From positions 39,360 to 103,359 of the forward strand of contig JAGBUB010000031.1 of NCBI GenBank assembly GCA_017631035.1: 64,000 bases of DNA. Reading direction: 5' to 3'. Positions within the stretch are counted from its first letter, which is position 1, and the number at the start of each line of letters is the position of its first letter. Below are positions 1 through 10,302 of the stretch, in pieces. The DNA comes from Alistipes sp. GTDB taxonomy: Bacteria > Bacteroidota > Bacteroidia > Bacteroidales > Rikenellaceae. The position numbers and the translations under genes were made by a program. The notes under the pieces are model-generated. The model was not told the DNA's origin. It made no database searches and worked only from the letters and a program-made list of their open reading frames with translations.

Positions 1-383
1 GTGCCTGGCAGGTTGTACTGCGCTGCGTAGTTTGAGTCGGTGCAGGCTCCAATGGCAATCATCACGTCGCCCAACTGTAGATCGGGATGGTAGGCTCCAG
101 CCGAGCCTGTGCGGATTATGCTCTTAACACCGTAAAAATTATAGAGCTCGTAGGTGTAGATGCCAATCGATGGGATACCCATACCGTGCCCCTGTACCGA
201 TACGCGTTTGCCCTTGTATGTACCCGTGTAGCCCAACATTCCTCTTACAGAGTTGTATTGGACGGGATTCTCGAGAAACGTCTCTGCCATAAATTTAGCA
301 CGCAATGGGTCGCCAGCCATAATGACCTTCTCGGCGATTTCGCCTTCGCGGGCTCCGATGTGGGGAGTAGGTATGTTTGCCAT
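1..383 (-). CDS. deoD: Purine-nucleoside phosphorylase, DeoD type (5' part; runs off window edge)
   Basis: Not in the ORF track. Hand translation from ATG at 383 gives [40 protein letters not shown]...[36 protein letters not shown]...IIRTGSAG, with the TPHI, GDPLRA and GMGIPS DeoD motifs. Confidence 0.92.
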   Translation of the reverse strand, partial: MANIPTPHIGAREGEIAEKVIMAGDPLRAKFMAETFLENPVQYNSVRGMLGYTGTYKGKRVSVQGHGMGIPSIGIYTYELYNFYGVKSIIRTGSAGAYHPDLQLGDVMIAIGACTDSNYAAQYNLPG

Positions 384-395
384 AGTGTGTGGGGA

Positions 396-1187
396 TTACA
401 AATTATCCTTCTCGATATCCTTGAAATAGCGGTAGGTGTTTACCTTCAGTTCGCCAACAGCGCCCTCGTCACACACCAAGATTCCCTTGGGGTGCATCTG
501 CAGTGCGGTGATAGTCCAAGCGTGTGACACAGCACCCTCGACGCACTGCTGTACGGCGCGAGCCTTCTTATGTCCAAGAGCGAGTACCAGCACCTGCTTT
601 GAGTCGCACACTGTGCCTACACCAACGGTGAGAGCCAACTTGGGCACTTTGTTTACATCGTTGTCGAAGAAACGTGAGTTTACGATGATGGTATCCTCGG
701 TAAGTGTCTTCACGCGTGTGCGCGAGTTGAGTGATGAGAAGGGCTCGTTGAAAGCCAGGTGGCCATCCTCGCCTACGCCACCGATGAAGAGGTCGATACC
801 TCCCGCAGCCTCAATCTTGCGCTCGTAAGCCTCGCACTCGGCCATAAGGTCGGGGGCGTTGCCGTTGAGGATATTCACATTCTCAGCCTTGATATCGATG
901 TGAGAGAAGAAATTATTCCACATAAATGAGTGGTAGCTCTCGGGGTGCTCCTCTGCAAGACCCACATACTCGTCCATATTGAAGGTGATGACATTCTGGA
1001 ACGATACCTTGCCCTGCTTGTAGAGGTTAATCAGTTCGGCATACATTCCAAGCGGGGTAGAGCCTGTAGGAAGGCCCAATACAAAGGGAGCTGTGCTCTG
1101 TGCTGCCTTGGCGTTAATCTGCTCGGCTACATAGTGGGCAGCCCAGCGACCAGCCTCGGCCGATGTGTTCTCAATAATTACTCTCAT
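396..1187 (-). CDS. nagB: Glucosamine-6-phosphate deaminase
   Basis: [18 protein letters not shown] and [11 protein letters not shown] motifs. The true start MRVIIE at 1187 lies 1 nt after the upstream stop. Confidence 0.96.
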   Translation of the reverse strand: MRVIIENTSAEAGRWAAHYVAEQINAKAAQSTAPFVLGLPTGSTPLGMYAELINLYKQGKVSFQNVITFNMDEYVGLAEEHPESYHSFMWNNFFSHIDIKAENVNILNGNAPDLMAECEAYERKIEAAGGIDLFIGGVGEDGHLAFNEPFSSLNSRTRVKTLTEDTIIVNSRFFDNDVNKVPKLALTVGVGTVCDSKQVLVLALGHKKARAVQQCVEGAVSHAWTITALQMHPKGILVCDEGAVGELKVNTYRYFKDIEKDNL

Positions 1188-1188
1188 C

Positions 1189-3126
1189 TTATAATTCCAT
1201 TTTAACAAATACTTCAATTGCTTGATACTCCGCCATACCCAACAAGTCGTACAGGCGTGCGGTGTTTTGTGTGCGTTCCTCGGCTCGCTGCCAGAACTCA
1301 CGGCTGTCGTCACCCGGGAAGGGGACGATATCCTTCTGCGAGAGGTGGCGATAGATGGCGTGACGCTTCTTGATAAGCTCGTCGGGGCTCAAAGGTACGG
1401 CCATATCGACCATTCCAATCTCCCACTCCATCCACGCACCGCGATAGAGCCAGATTACACACTCCTTGAGCCACTCCTCGCCAGCCTCCTTCAGGCGGAT
1501 AAGAGCCTCCAGAACAGCCTCTGTGCATACTCTGTGAGTGCCGTGGGGATCGGCCAAGTCGCCTGCCAAATATACCTGATGGGGCTTAATCTTGAGCAAG
1601 AGATCGGTGATAATGGCAATATCCTGCTCTGTGCGCTGTCCCTTTTTGATACCGCCTGTCTCGTAGAATGGCAGGTTGAGGAAGTGGGCATTAGTGTCGG
1701 GATTAAGACCGAACGAGCGTACCGCAGCACGTGCCTCGGCGCGGCGTATACCACCCTTGATATCGAGTAATGCTCGTGGCTCGGGCTCACCCTTACGCTT
1801 GGTGGCAATAATCTTACGCACCTCCTCAACGCGGTCGCCAAGACCCAGCTCACGTGCAGTGTCGAGGTCCTGAATTACCACGTCGTCGTGTACGGCCACA
1901 TTACCCGAGGTCTCGTAGGCAACGTGTACATCGTGACCCTGCTCAACCAAACGGATGAATGTACCACCCATCGAGATAACGTCGTCGTCGGGGTGGGGTG
2001 AGAATATAATCACACGCTTGGGGTAGGGATGCGATGGCACAGGACGAGTCGAGTCATCGGCGTTGGGCTTACCTCCGGGCCAGCCTGTGATAGTATGCTG
2101 CATATCGTTGAATACAGCGATATTTACGGCGTGGTAGTTCATCGGTACAGCCTCAAGCAACTCGCCGAGCGAGTTCTCGATATAGTCCTGATAGGTGAGT
2201 TTGAGAATAGGCTTCTGCACCATCTCGCACAACCATACCACAGCCTTGCGTACCATACGGGGAGTCCAATCGCACGGACCCACCAACCACGGCGTACGCT
2301 TTACGGTGAGTTTGTCGGCAGCAGGGTCGTCCACCACAGCCTCAATCGAGGGGTGGTTCTGCAGTAGCGATGCGGGAATAAGACGTGTAGCCTCGCCCTC
2401 GACAACCTTGCCGATTACATCGGCCTTGTCCTCGCCCCACGCCATAAGGATGATATGCTTAGCGCTCATTACGGTGTTGAGGCCCATCGTGAGAGCCATC
2501 TTCGGAGTGTGCTCTACACCATAGAACATACCTGCCTGCGCCTTGCGTGACTGATATGATAGCTGCACCAATCGGGTAATTGACTTGGCATATGAACCGG
2601 GCTCATTGAAGCCGATCTGGCCGTGCTCACCCATACCGATAACCATAAGGTCGATGCCGCGGGCCATACGGTCGTACTCCAAGCAGTACTCTGATACCTG
2701 CTCGACGGGAATTGAGCCGTCGATGATATGTACATTTTCAGGGAGAATATCTACCTGCGAAAGAAAATCGTCGTGTATTCGATAGTTGCGGCTCTGCTGC
2801 TCGCTGGCCTTGATTGGGTAGAACTCGTCGAGGCTATATACCTCGACATTTGAGAACGACACATTGCCTGCTTTGTAGCGGTTCACCAACTCGTGATATA
2901 CACCTAAGGGTGTACGGCCTGTAGTAAGACCCAATGCGAAGGGGCGCTTTTCTCCCTTTTTGTTGTGCTTGCGGATGGCTTTGATAATCTGCTCGACAAT
3001 ATAATTCACACCATCGCTCTCAACCTCGAAAATCGAGGTGGGAATCTTCTCAAAGCGATGGATGATATCTTTGGGAGTGCCCTCGAGGCGCAATCCTCCA
3101 TCTTGTGGCAGTGAATATTTACTCAT
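1189..3126 (-). CDS. NagB-like domain fused to PIG-L/LmbE family N-deacetylase (NagB-II type)
   Basis: N-terminal [21 protein letters not shown]; C-terminal [13 protein letters not shown] and DPHGTH metal motifs. Confidence 0.9.
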   Translation of the reverse strand: MSKYSLPQDGGLRLEGTPKDIIHRFEKIPTSIFEVESDGVNYIVEQIIKAIRKHNKKGEKRPFALGLTTGRTPLGVYHELVNRYKAGNVSFSNVEVYSLDEFYPIKASEQQSRNYRIHDDFLSQVDILPENVHIIDGSIPVEQVSEYCLEYDRMARGIDLMVIGMGEHGQIGFNEPGSYAKSITRLVQLSYQSRKAQAGMFYGVEHTPKMALTMGLNTVMSAKHIILMAWGEDKADVIGKVVEGEATRLIPASLLQNHPSIEAVVDDPAADKLTVKRTPWLVGPCDWTPRMVRKAVVWLCEMVQKPILKLTYQDYIENSLGELLEAVPMNYHAVNIAVFNDMQHTITGWPGGKPNADDSTRPVPSHPYPKRVIIFSPHPDDDVISMGGTFIRLVEQGHDVHVAYETSGNVAVHDDVVIQDLDTARELGLGDRVEEVRKIIATKRKGEPEPRALLDIKGGIRRAEARAAVRSFGLNPDTNAHFLNLPFYETGGIKKGQRTEQDIAIITDLLLKIKPHQVYLAGDLADPHGTHRVCTEAVLEALIRLKEAGEEWLKECVIWLYRGAWMEWEIGMVDMAVPLSPDELIKKRHAIYRHLSQKDIVPFPGDDSREFWQRAEERTQNTARLYDLLGMAEYQAIEVFVKMEL

Positions 3127-3179
3127 AAACTTAACTTAATTTAGGTCGTTGGCGCGATTAGGATAATCGGCCTATGATA

Positions 3180-3187
3180 CAAAGGTA
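3180..3187 (-). promoter_or_regulatory. Bacteroidetes housekeeping promoter -7 box (TACCTTTG) for the nagB-II/nagB/deoD operon
   Basis: Exact TAnnTTTG about 55 nt upstream of the ATG at 3126. Confidence 0.6.
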
Positions 3188-3280
3188 TAAATAAATTTGG
3201 TATGTTGTACCACATTGTTAAAAATGATGGCTATATTTTATAATTATCTATGGAGTGTCGGTTTTTTGTAAATAAAGTCC

Positions 3281-3288
3281 TATCTTTG
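3281..3288 (+). promoter_or_regulatory. -7 box (TATCTTTG) for the GDPD gene
   Basis: Exact TAnnTTTG 41 nt upstream of ATG 3330. Confidence 0.6.
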
Positions 3289-3329
3289 TTGATAGGAAAC
3301 GAGAATTTAACTATAAAACATACTAAGCA

Positions 3330-4091
3330 ATGAAGAAACTTTTGACTTTGGCTATTTGCCTTTTTGCCTCTTCGGCACTCTTTGCGCAGAGCACACAGAT
3401 TATTGCTCATCGTGGCTTCCACGCAACCAAGAACTCTGTTCGCAATTCACTCTCGGCTCTGCAGAATGCACAGGATTTTGGCGCATACGGCTCGGAGTGC
3501 GATATTAACGAGACTGCCGATGGTGTGTTGGTAGTCGTACACGGCCCTATGCACGGCAAGTACAACGTGCAGCAGACCGACTACGCCACTCTTCGTGCTC
3601 AGGCGTTGGAGAATGGTGAGGTGTTGCCCACTCTGGAGGAGTATCTGGTGCAGGCCAAGAAGAACACCAAGACCAAGCTTATCATCGAGATTAAAGATCA
3701 CAGCACACCTTCGATTGAGACTCGCGTTGTGAAGAACATTCTCAAGATGGTTAAGCAGCATAAGTTGGTAAACGATGTTGAGTACATCGCTTTCCGTCAG
3801 CACGTATGCGACGAGTTGGTGAAGTATGGTCCCAAGGGAATCAAGGTTGCTTATTTGAATGGTACGCTTACCCCCGAGTACTGCAAGGATTTGGGTTACA
3901 CAGGTATTGACTACAACATTGGCGTTATGCAGCAGCACCCCGAGTGGATTAAGCAGAGCCAGGCGTTGGGTCTTACCGTAAACGTATGGACTGTGAACGA
4001 TACGGAGCGCATCCAGTGGTGTATCGACCAGAAGGTGGATTATATCACAACAGATAACCCCGAGGAGGTAAAGCGCTTGCTCGGCAAGTAA
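3330..4091 (+). CDS. Secreted glycerophosphodiester phosphodiesterase (GDPD family)
   Basis: Signal peptide; IIAHRG, ECD, IIEIK, NVWTVN and ITTDNP motifs. Confidence 0.9.
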   Translation: MKKLLTLAICLFASSALFAQSTQIIAHRGFHATKNSVRNSLSALQNAQDFGAYGSECDINETADGVLVVVHGPMHGKYNVQQTDYATLRAQALENGEVLPTLEEYLVQAKKNTKTKLIIEIKDHSTPSIETRVVKNILKMVKQHKLVNDVEYIAFRQHVCDELVKYGPKGIKVAYLNGTLTPEYCKDLGYTGIDYNIGVMQQHPEWIKQSQALGLTVNVWTVNDTERIQWCIDQKVDYITTDNPEEVKRLLGK

Positions 4092-4111
4092 TCTTTGCCT
4101 ACGTTAGATAT

Positions 4112-4140
4112 AAAAGTCCGCTTTTTGCGGACTTTTTTTT
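4112..4140 (+). terminator. Intrinsic terminator after the GDPD gene
   Basis: AAAAGTCCGC-TTTTT-GCGGACTTTTTTTT. Confidence 0.85.
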
Positions 4141-4168
4141 GTTATTATAGCCTGAAAATGTATCTTTG
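4138..4168 (+). promoter_or_regulatory. Housekeeping promoter for the permease gene
   Basis: TTTG (4138-4141), 19-nt spacer, TATCTTTG (4161-4168). Confidence 0.7.
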
Positions 4169-4192
4169 CTTTTCAAGAAATACGAAATAACT

Positions 4193-5458
4193 ATGAATTT
4201 AAAGTATGGAATAGACTCACGTCCGCCCATAGGGCAACTGCTGCTCTACAGCTTGCAGTGGTTTGTGCTGGCCATAGCGGTGGTCGTAACGTCGCTCTTT
4301 ATCGCCGTAGGCTCGCCTGCCGAGCGTGTGCTTTATGCACAGAAAGTGTTTGCCGTGACCGGTGCCGGCATCATTCTTCAGGCATTGTGGGGTCATCGTA
4401 TGCCCATTGTTGTAGGTCCTGCGGCCGTGTTGCTGGTGGGCATCATCACGGCTATAGCATCGCAGGGTGATGTGGTCAATACCAACAAAATTTATACAGC
4501 CATAATGGTTGGCGGAGCGGTGGTTGCAATGCTTGCCGTGGCGCGTGTACTATCGCATCTGCAACGCATCTTTACACCTCGTATCGTGGTGGTTATCCTT
4601 ATGCTCATAGCCGTTACGCTGAGCCCCACGATTAAGAACCTTATTTTCCCTGCCGGCGAGGAGGCTCGCCACGCGTTTGGTTTGTGGTTTACTCTGTTGG
4701 GTGTGCCTGCAATGGCTCTTGCGTCGCATCGTCTGCGTGGAGTGTTGAAGTCTATCATCATACCTCTCTCGCTCGTTGTCGGTTGTCTGATATATTATGC
4801 TATATATGGCGGTTTTGGCGATGTCTTTGCCCGCTTTAGCGAGTCGGAGGGTTCGCTGCTCATTCCTCGCTTAGAGTTCGATGGAGGTATGATTGCCGCA
4901 TTCTTGTTCTGTTATGTGGCTCTGCTTATCAACGATGTAGGCTCGATTCAGGCGTTGGGCGGTATGTTCTCGATGCCCGACACCGATAGCCGTTGTAGCC
5001 GTGGCGTGGCTCTTACGGGTATTTTGAATGTAGTGGCTGGTGGTCTTGGCGTCATTGGTCCTGTCAACTACTCGATGTCGCCCGGTGTGATTGCCTCTTC
5101 GTCGTGCGCCTCACGCTATGCGATAATACCCGCAGGTATAGGACTCATTCTTTGCGCATTCCTTCCCTCGCTTATTGCCGTTATGTCGGCCATCCCAAAT
5201 ACGGTTATTGGCGTTATCCTGCTCTACTTGATGGGAACGCAGCTTGCAGCCTCATTTATTATGATGTCGTCGTCGCAGTCGGCCGTAGGCTTCGACGATG
5301 CTCTGATTATAGGCTTGCCCATTATGGTGGCACTCTTCTTTGGGGCAGTGCCGATGGATGTTGTCCCTGCGCTTGTGCGTCCCATTATTGGCAATGGCTT
5401 TGTGATGGGTGTAATCACGGTTATATTGCTCGAGCATGTAATCTTCCGTAAAAAGTAA
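4193..5458 (+). CDS. NCS2/NAT family nucleobase (xanthine/uracil-type) permease
   Basis: Many TM helices; LKYGID.RPP start, G.RMPIVVGPAA and GVIA...ASR segments. ATG at 4193 is preferred over TTG at 4166. Confidence 0.85.
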   Translation: MNLKYGIDSRPPIGQLLLYSLQWFVLAIAVVVTSLFIAVGSPAERVLYAQKVFAVTGAGIILQALWGHRMPIVVGPAAVLLVGIITAIASQGDVVNTNKIYTAIMVGGAVVAMLAVARVLSHLQRIFTPRIVVVILMLIAVTLSPTIKNLIFPAGEEARHAFGLWFTLLGVPAMALASHRLRGVLKSIIIPLSLVVGCLIYYAIYGGFGDVFARFSESEGSLLIPRLEFDGGMIAAFLFCYVALLINDVGSIQALGGMFSMPDTDSRCSRGVALTGILNVVAGGLGVIGPVNYSMSPGVIASSSCASRYAIIPAGIGLILCAFLPSLIAVMSAIPNTVIGVILLYLMGTQLAASFIMMSSSQSAVGFDDALIIGLPIMVALFFGAVPMDVVPALVRPIIGNGFVMGVITVILLEHVIFRKK

Positions 5459-5472
5459 TATGATGGATAAAT

Positions 5473-5508
5473 AAAAAAGAGCCTAACACGTGGTTAGGCT
5501 CTTTTTTT
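5473..5508. terminator. Bidirectional intrinsic terminator (permease / yccF)
   Basis: AAAAAAGAGCCTAAC-ACGTG-GTTAGGCTCTTTTTTT between convergent genes. Confidence 0.9.
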
Positions 5509-5523
5509 ATCGCATTCGAACAA

Positions 5524-5898
5524 CTATCGTCGTACCACTTCGTGGCCGAAGGGCAGTAGCGAGTATAGCATAAGTTTGAAGTGTTGCAGACCAAAGGGAA
5601 TGCCGATGATTGTGCAACAGAAAACCACGCCCAGCGATAGGTGTGCAAGAGCAACCTCTATGCCGCCGAAGATAATCCACAGTACATTCATCAGCAGCTG
5701 CAAGCAGCCTGTAGCATTTTTCTTCGGTTGCACATCGCCACCAAAGGGCCACAATGCGAACAGACCGAGTCGCATAATCTGTACTCCGAAGGGTATGCCT
5801 ACGATGGTCAGGCACAGCAACAAACCGCCAAGAAGATATACTAGCGATATGAGGGCGCCTCCGAATACTACCCAGATAATGTTTCCAATAAAGTTCAT
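5524..5898 (-). CDS. yccF: YccF-domain inner membrane protein
   Basis: Duplicated N.IW..FGG...T I.GIPFG...L.PFG repeat. Confidence 0.9.
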   Translation of the reverse strand: MNFIGNIIWVVFGGALISLVYLLGGLLLCLTIVGIPFGVQIMRLGLFALWPFGGDVQPKKNATGCLQLLMNVLWIIFGGIEVALAHLSLGVVFCCTIIGIPFGLQHFKLMLYSLLPFGHEVVRR

Positions 5899-5939
5899 AA
5901 CTGCACTAATTTTATAGGTTTAGTTCTGTTTACTCACCT

Positions 5940-7205
5940 CTATCCGATAAGGAACTCGAAAAGGGTGGGGTTGTCATTCAGATATTGGTAATCAATACTG
6001 TTGGCCTGCATACGCTCGGTAAGGCCTGCAAAATCGTCGGGATTCTGCAACTCGATACCAATCAGTACGGGACCCTTCTCGCGATTGGTCTTCTTTTTAT
6101 ATTCGAAGTAGGTGATATCGTCGTTGGGGCCAAGCACATTGGTCACAAAGTTCTGCAATGCGCCGGCACGCTGCGGGAAGCTCACCACGAAGTAGTGTTT
6201 CAAACCCTCGTACAGAAGCGAGCGCTCCTTGATATCCTCCATTCGCACGATGTCGTTGTTGCTGCCGCTCACTACGCATACTACGTTCTTGCCCTTAATC
6301 TGGTCACGATAGTAGTCCAATGCGCTGATGCTGAGTGCTCCTGCGGGCTCAACTACAATAGCGTCGAAATTGTATAGCTCGAGTATGGTTGTGCAAACCT
6401 TGCCCTCGGGAACAACTACAATATCGTCCAACACCTCGCGGCATACATCGAAGGTCAGGTCGCCTACGCGCTGCACGGCAGCTCCATCAACAAACTTCTC
6501 GATGTGGTCGAGTGTTGTCACCTCGCCACGCTCAAACGAGAGCTTCATACCTGCTGCTCCTGCCGGCTCAACACCGATAATCTTTGTCTGGGGCGACATC
6601 TGGCGTATAACGCTACCTACGCCCGAAGCCAATCCTCCGCCACCGATTGGCACGAAGATGTAGTCAATAGCCGCGCGGCTCTGCTGTAACACCTCAAGAC
6701 CGACGGTGCCCTGTCCCTCGATAATCTTCTCATCGTTGAAGGGCGGAATGAAGGTCTTGCCCTCAAGCTCGCAGGCCTGCATTGCGGCTGCGTTGGCCTG
6801 GTCGAATGTATCACCGGCAAGCACCACCTCGACAAACTTACCACCAAACATCTTCACCTGATTGATCTTCTGCTTGGGGGTCGTAACGGGCATAAATATC
6901 TTGCCCTTGATGCCGAGCTTGTTGCACGAGAAGGCTACGCCCTGTGCGTGGTTGCCTGCGCTGGCACACACGATACCACTCTTGGTCTGCTCATCAGAGA
7001 GTGAACGAATCTTGTTGTATGCACCGCGAATCTTATACGAGCGTACCACCTGCAAATCCTCTCGCTTGAGCATAACCTCGGCTCCATAACGCTCCGAGAG
7101 TGTGCGGTTGTGGATAAGAGGTGTAGCAGAGAGAATCTCACCGAGGGTATGCTCGGCGGTCATTATATCGTTCAGCGCCGGGAAGTATTTTTTATTGTCG
7201 CTCAT
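5940..7205 (-). CDS. ilvA: Biosynthetic threonine ammonia-lyase (short form, single regulatory repeat)
   Basis: KREDLQVVRSYKIRGA, SAGNHAQG and PIGGGGL; C-terminal FPQRAGAL regulatory domain. Confidence 0.95.
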   Translation of the reverse strand: MSDNKKYFPALNDIMTAEHTLGEILSATPLIHNRTLSERYGAEVMLKREDLQVVRSYKIRGAYNKIRSLSDEQTKSGIVCASAGNHAQGVAFSCNKLGIKGKIFMPVTTPKQKINQVKMFGGKFVEVVLAGDTFDQANAAAMQACELEGKTFIPPFNDEKIIEGQGTVGLEVLQQSRAAIDYIFVPIGGGGLASGVGSVIRQMSPQTKIIGVEPAGAAGMKLSFERGEVTTLDHIEKFVDGAAVQRVGDLTFDVCREVLDDIVVVPEGKVCTTILELYNFDAIVVEPAGALSISALDYYRDQIKGKNVVCVVSGSNNDIVRMEDIKERSLLYEGLKHYFVVSFPQRAGALQNFVTNVLGPNDDITYFEYKKKTNREKGPVLIGIELQNPDDFAGLTERMQANSIDYQYLNDNPTLFEFLIG

Positions 7206-7216
7206 TGTCCTGTGTA

Positions 7217-8284
7217 TTAGATGTTGGCTGCAATGAAATCGCCCACCTCGGTGGTGGTGCTGGGCTTAATGCCTGCGGGGGCAATATCCTCGGTTACGAT
7301 GTTCTGCTCGATAGAGAGGTCTACGGCACGACGTATAGCGGCACCAGCCTCCATATCCGAAAATGCATACTCGAACATCATAGCGGCCGAGAGAATGGTT
7401 GCTATAGGGTTAGCAATGTTCTTGCCTGCCGCCTGAGGATATGAGCCGTGGATAGGCTCAAAGAGCGATGTGCCTGTGCCGATTGATGCCGAGGGCAGCA
7501 GACCCAATGAGCCTGTAATAACGCTGGCCTCGTCGGTGAGGATGTCGCCAAACATATTCTCCGTAACAACCACGTCGAAGTGGCGGGGCTGCTGGATAAT
7601 CTTCATTGCAGCATTATCTACGAACATATACTCTACCTCCACTGCAGGGTAATCCTTTTCCATTGACTTGGCCGTTTCGCGCCACAGACGCGACGTCGCC
7701 AATACATTGGCCTTGTCCACTACGGTGAGCTTACCGCGACGCTTGGCAGCATACTCAAATCCAAGACGGCATATACGCTCAATCTCCGCACGTGTATATA
7801 CGCACGTGTCGTATGCTGTCTGTCCATCCTCTGAGCGACCCTGAGGGCGACCAAAGTAGAGTCCGCCTGTCAGCTCGCGGATGCAGATGAAGTCGGCACC
7901 CTCGACCAGGTCGTGGCGCAGGGGCGAACGATGCAGCAGCGAAGCAAAGGTATTTACGGGGCGCAGGTTGGCATACAGGCCCAATTTCTTGCGCATAGCC
8001 AGCAGTCCCTGCTCGGGGCGTACCTTGGCCTCGGGGTTGTTGTCGAAGCGGGGGTCGCCAATGGCACCGAACAGAACAGCGTCGGCCGCCATACACACCT
8101 CGTGTGTTGACTCGGGGTAGGGATCACCTACGGCGTCGATAGCTGCGGCACCAACGATGCCGTGTGTGTAGTTGACTTTATAGTTGAACTTAGCGGCTAC
8201 AGCATCAACAGCCTTTACGGCCTGTGCTACAATCTCGGGACCGATACCATCGCCCGGAAGTACCGCGATATTAATCTCTTTCAT
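7217..8284 (-). CDS. leuB: 3-isopropylmalate dehydrogenase
   Basis: [38 protein letters not shown]. Confidence 0.97.
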   Translation of the reverse strand: MKEINIAVLPGDGIGPEIVAQAVKAVDAVAAKFNYKVNYTHGIVGAAAIDAVGDPYPESTHEVCMAADAVLFGAIGDPRFDNNPEAKVRPEQGLLAMRKKLGLYANLRPVNTFASLLHRSPLRHDLVEGADFICIRELTGGLYFGRPQGRSEDGQTAYDTCVYTRAEIERICRLGFEYAAKRRGKLTVVDKANVLATSRLWRETAKSMEKDYPAVEVEYMFVDNAAMKIIQQPRHFDVVVTENMFGDILTDEASVITGSLGLLPSASIGTGTSLFEPIHGSYPQAAGKNIANPIATILSAAMMFEYAFSDMEAGAAIRRAVDLSIEQNIVTEDIAPAGIKPSTTTEVGDFIAANI

Positions 8285-8292
8285 AAGTTAAT

Positions 8293-8880
8293 CTATTTTT
8301 TCTGCTCAAAGGCCTCAATCTCGGAGCGAATGCTCACCAGAAAATCTACATCGTCGTAACCATTGGCAAGGCACTCCTTCTTGTAGGGGGCAATCTCGAA
8401 CGACTCCTTGAAGTCTGAGCCCACCAACTCGATGGTCTGCGCCTGAAGGTCAATCTTCAGCTCTGCCGAGGGGTCAGCCTCCACAGCCTTGAAGATAGCA
8501 GCGAGCATCTCATCGCTGATGGTTACGGGCAACAGGCCGTTATTGAGTGCGTTATTGCGGAAGATATCGGCAAAGAAACTCGATACCACTGCATGGAAAC
8601 CTGCACCCTCGATAGCCCACGCTGCGTGCTCACGACTCGAGCCACAACCGAAGTTCTTGCCCGCCACGAGTATCTGACCACGATAGATGGGTGAGTTCAT
8701 CACAAAGTCAGCCTTGGGGTTACCCTCTTTGTCGAAGCGCCAGTCGCGGAAGAGATTCTCGCCGAAACCCTCGCGTGTTGTGGCCTTCAGGAAGCGTGCG
8801 GGGATAATCTGGTCGGTGTCTATGTTTTCGATAGGCAATGGCACCACTGTCGAGCAGAGTGTAGTGAATTTATTCCTCAT
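8293..8880 (-). CDS. leuD: 3-isopropylmalate dehydratase small subunit
   Basis: [27 protein letters not shown]. Confidence 0.97.
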   Translation of the reverse strand: MRNKFTTLCSTVVPLPIENIDTDQIIPARFLKATTREGFGENLFRDWRFDKEGNPKADFVMNSPIYRGQILVAGKNFGCGSSREHAAWAIEGAGFHAVVSSFFADIFRNNALNNGLLPVTISDEMLAAIFKAVEADPSAELKIDLQAQTIELVGSDFKESFEIAPYKKECLANGYDDVDFLVSIRSEIEAFEQKK

Positions 8881-8903
8881 AACTATATTGTTATCAGTGT
8901 GTT

Positions 8904-10298
8904 CTACTTCAGTTTGCGGGGGTCGGTGATAACTCCTGTCACAGCTGCAGCAGCCGCTACCAGCGGACCGGCCAACAGCGTACGCGAGTCGGGGCCCTGA
9001 CGACCTTCGAAATTACGGTTCGATGTGGCTACGCAATACTTGCCAGCGGGAATCTTATCATCGTTCATAGCCAAACAAGCCGAACATCCAGGCTGGCGAA
9101 GCTCGAAGCCTGCCTCGTGAAGAATGTCACGAAGACCCTCCTCGATAGCCAGGCGCTCAACCTCCTTGCTGCCAGGTACGATCCACGCCGTCACGCCCTC
9201 GGCCTTGCGCTTGCCCTTAACGAAGTGAGCAAATGCTCGCAGGTCCTCGATACGACCATTGGTGCAGCTACCCACAAATACATAGTCGATAGCCTTGCCC
9301 TCCATCTTCTCTCCCTCGGCAAAGCCCATATAGGCGAGTGCCTTAGAGTAAGAAGCCTTCGATGCCTCATCCATATCCTTAGATGAGGGAATCTCGGCAC
9401 TCACTGCGATACCCATACCGGGATTTGTGCCGTATGTAATCATAGGCTCAATGTCGGCGGCGTCGAACGTTACCTCCTTGTCAAATACTGCATCCTCGTC
9501 AGAGCAGAGCTTGCTCCAGCGCTCAACGGCTGCGTCCCACTCATCGCCCTGAGGTGCGAACTCGCGCCCCTTCAGGTAGTCGAATGTAGTCTGGTCGGGG
9601 GCAATCATACCGCCACGAGCACCCATCTCGATACTCATATTACAGATGGTCATACGAGCCTCCATCGAGAGTGAACGGATGGCCGAGCCTGCGAACTCCA
9701 CAAAGTGGCCTGTGCCGCCGCCTGTGCCGAGCTTCGAGATGATGTAGAGGATGATATCCTTCGAACAAACACCCTCCTTAAGCTCGCCCTCCACGTTGAT
9801 ACGCATACTCTTGGGCTTAGACTGCAAAATGCACTGCGATGCGAGAGCCATCTCCACCTCGCTTGTGCCGATACCGAACGCAACACAACCCAGCGCACCG
9901 TGTGTAGAGGTGTGGCTATCGCCACATACGATGGTCATACCAGGCTGTGTGAGGCCCGTTTGCGGACCTATGACGTGGATAATGCCATTGTGCTCCTCGC
10001 CGATGGGGAATATTGTAATGCCATTCTCGGCGCAGTTCTTCACCAGCGTTGCCACCTGCTCGGCCGACTGAGGCTCTGCTATGGGCAGGTGCTGATTGGT
10101 GGTGGGGATGTTATGGTCGGGGCTTGCCGTAACCTGCTGGGGTCGGAACACCTCGATACCACGACGGCGCAAGCCCGCAAAAGCCTGCGGACTTGTAACC
10201 TCGTGAATATATTGACGGTCGATATAGAGAACACACGAGCCACCGTCAATCACGCGAACGGTGTGAGCATCCCAAATCTTATCGAAAAGTGTATTCAT
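8904..10298 (-). CDS. leuC: 3-isopropylmalate dehydratase large subunit
   Basis: [40 protein letters not shown]. Confidence 0.97.
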   Translation of the reverse strand: MNTLFDKIWDAHTVRVIDGGSCVLYIDRQYIHEVTSPQAFAGLRRRGIEVFRPQQVTASPDHNIPTTNQHLPIAEPQSAEQVATLVKNCAENGITIFPIGEEHNGIIHVIGPQTGLTQPGMTIVCGDSHTSTHGALGCVAFGIGTSEVEMALASQCILQSKPKSMRINVEGELKEGVCSKDIILYIISKLGTGGGTGHFVEFAGSAIRSLSMEARMTICNMSIEMGARGGMIAPDQTTFDYLKGREFAPQGDEWDAAVERWSKLCSDEDAVFDKEVTFDAADIEPMITYGTNPGMGIAVSAEIPSSKDMDEASKASYSKALAYMGFAEGEKMEGKAIDYVFVGSCTNGRIEDLRAFAHFVKGKRKAEGVTAWIVPGSKEVERLAIEEGLRDILHEAGFELRQPGCSACLAMNDDKIPAGKYCVATSNRNFEGRQGPDSRTLLAGPLVAAAAAVTGVITDPRKLK

Positions 10299-10302
10299 TC
10301 GT

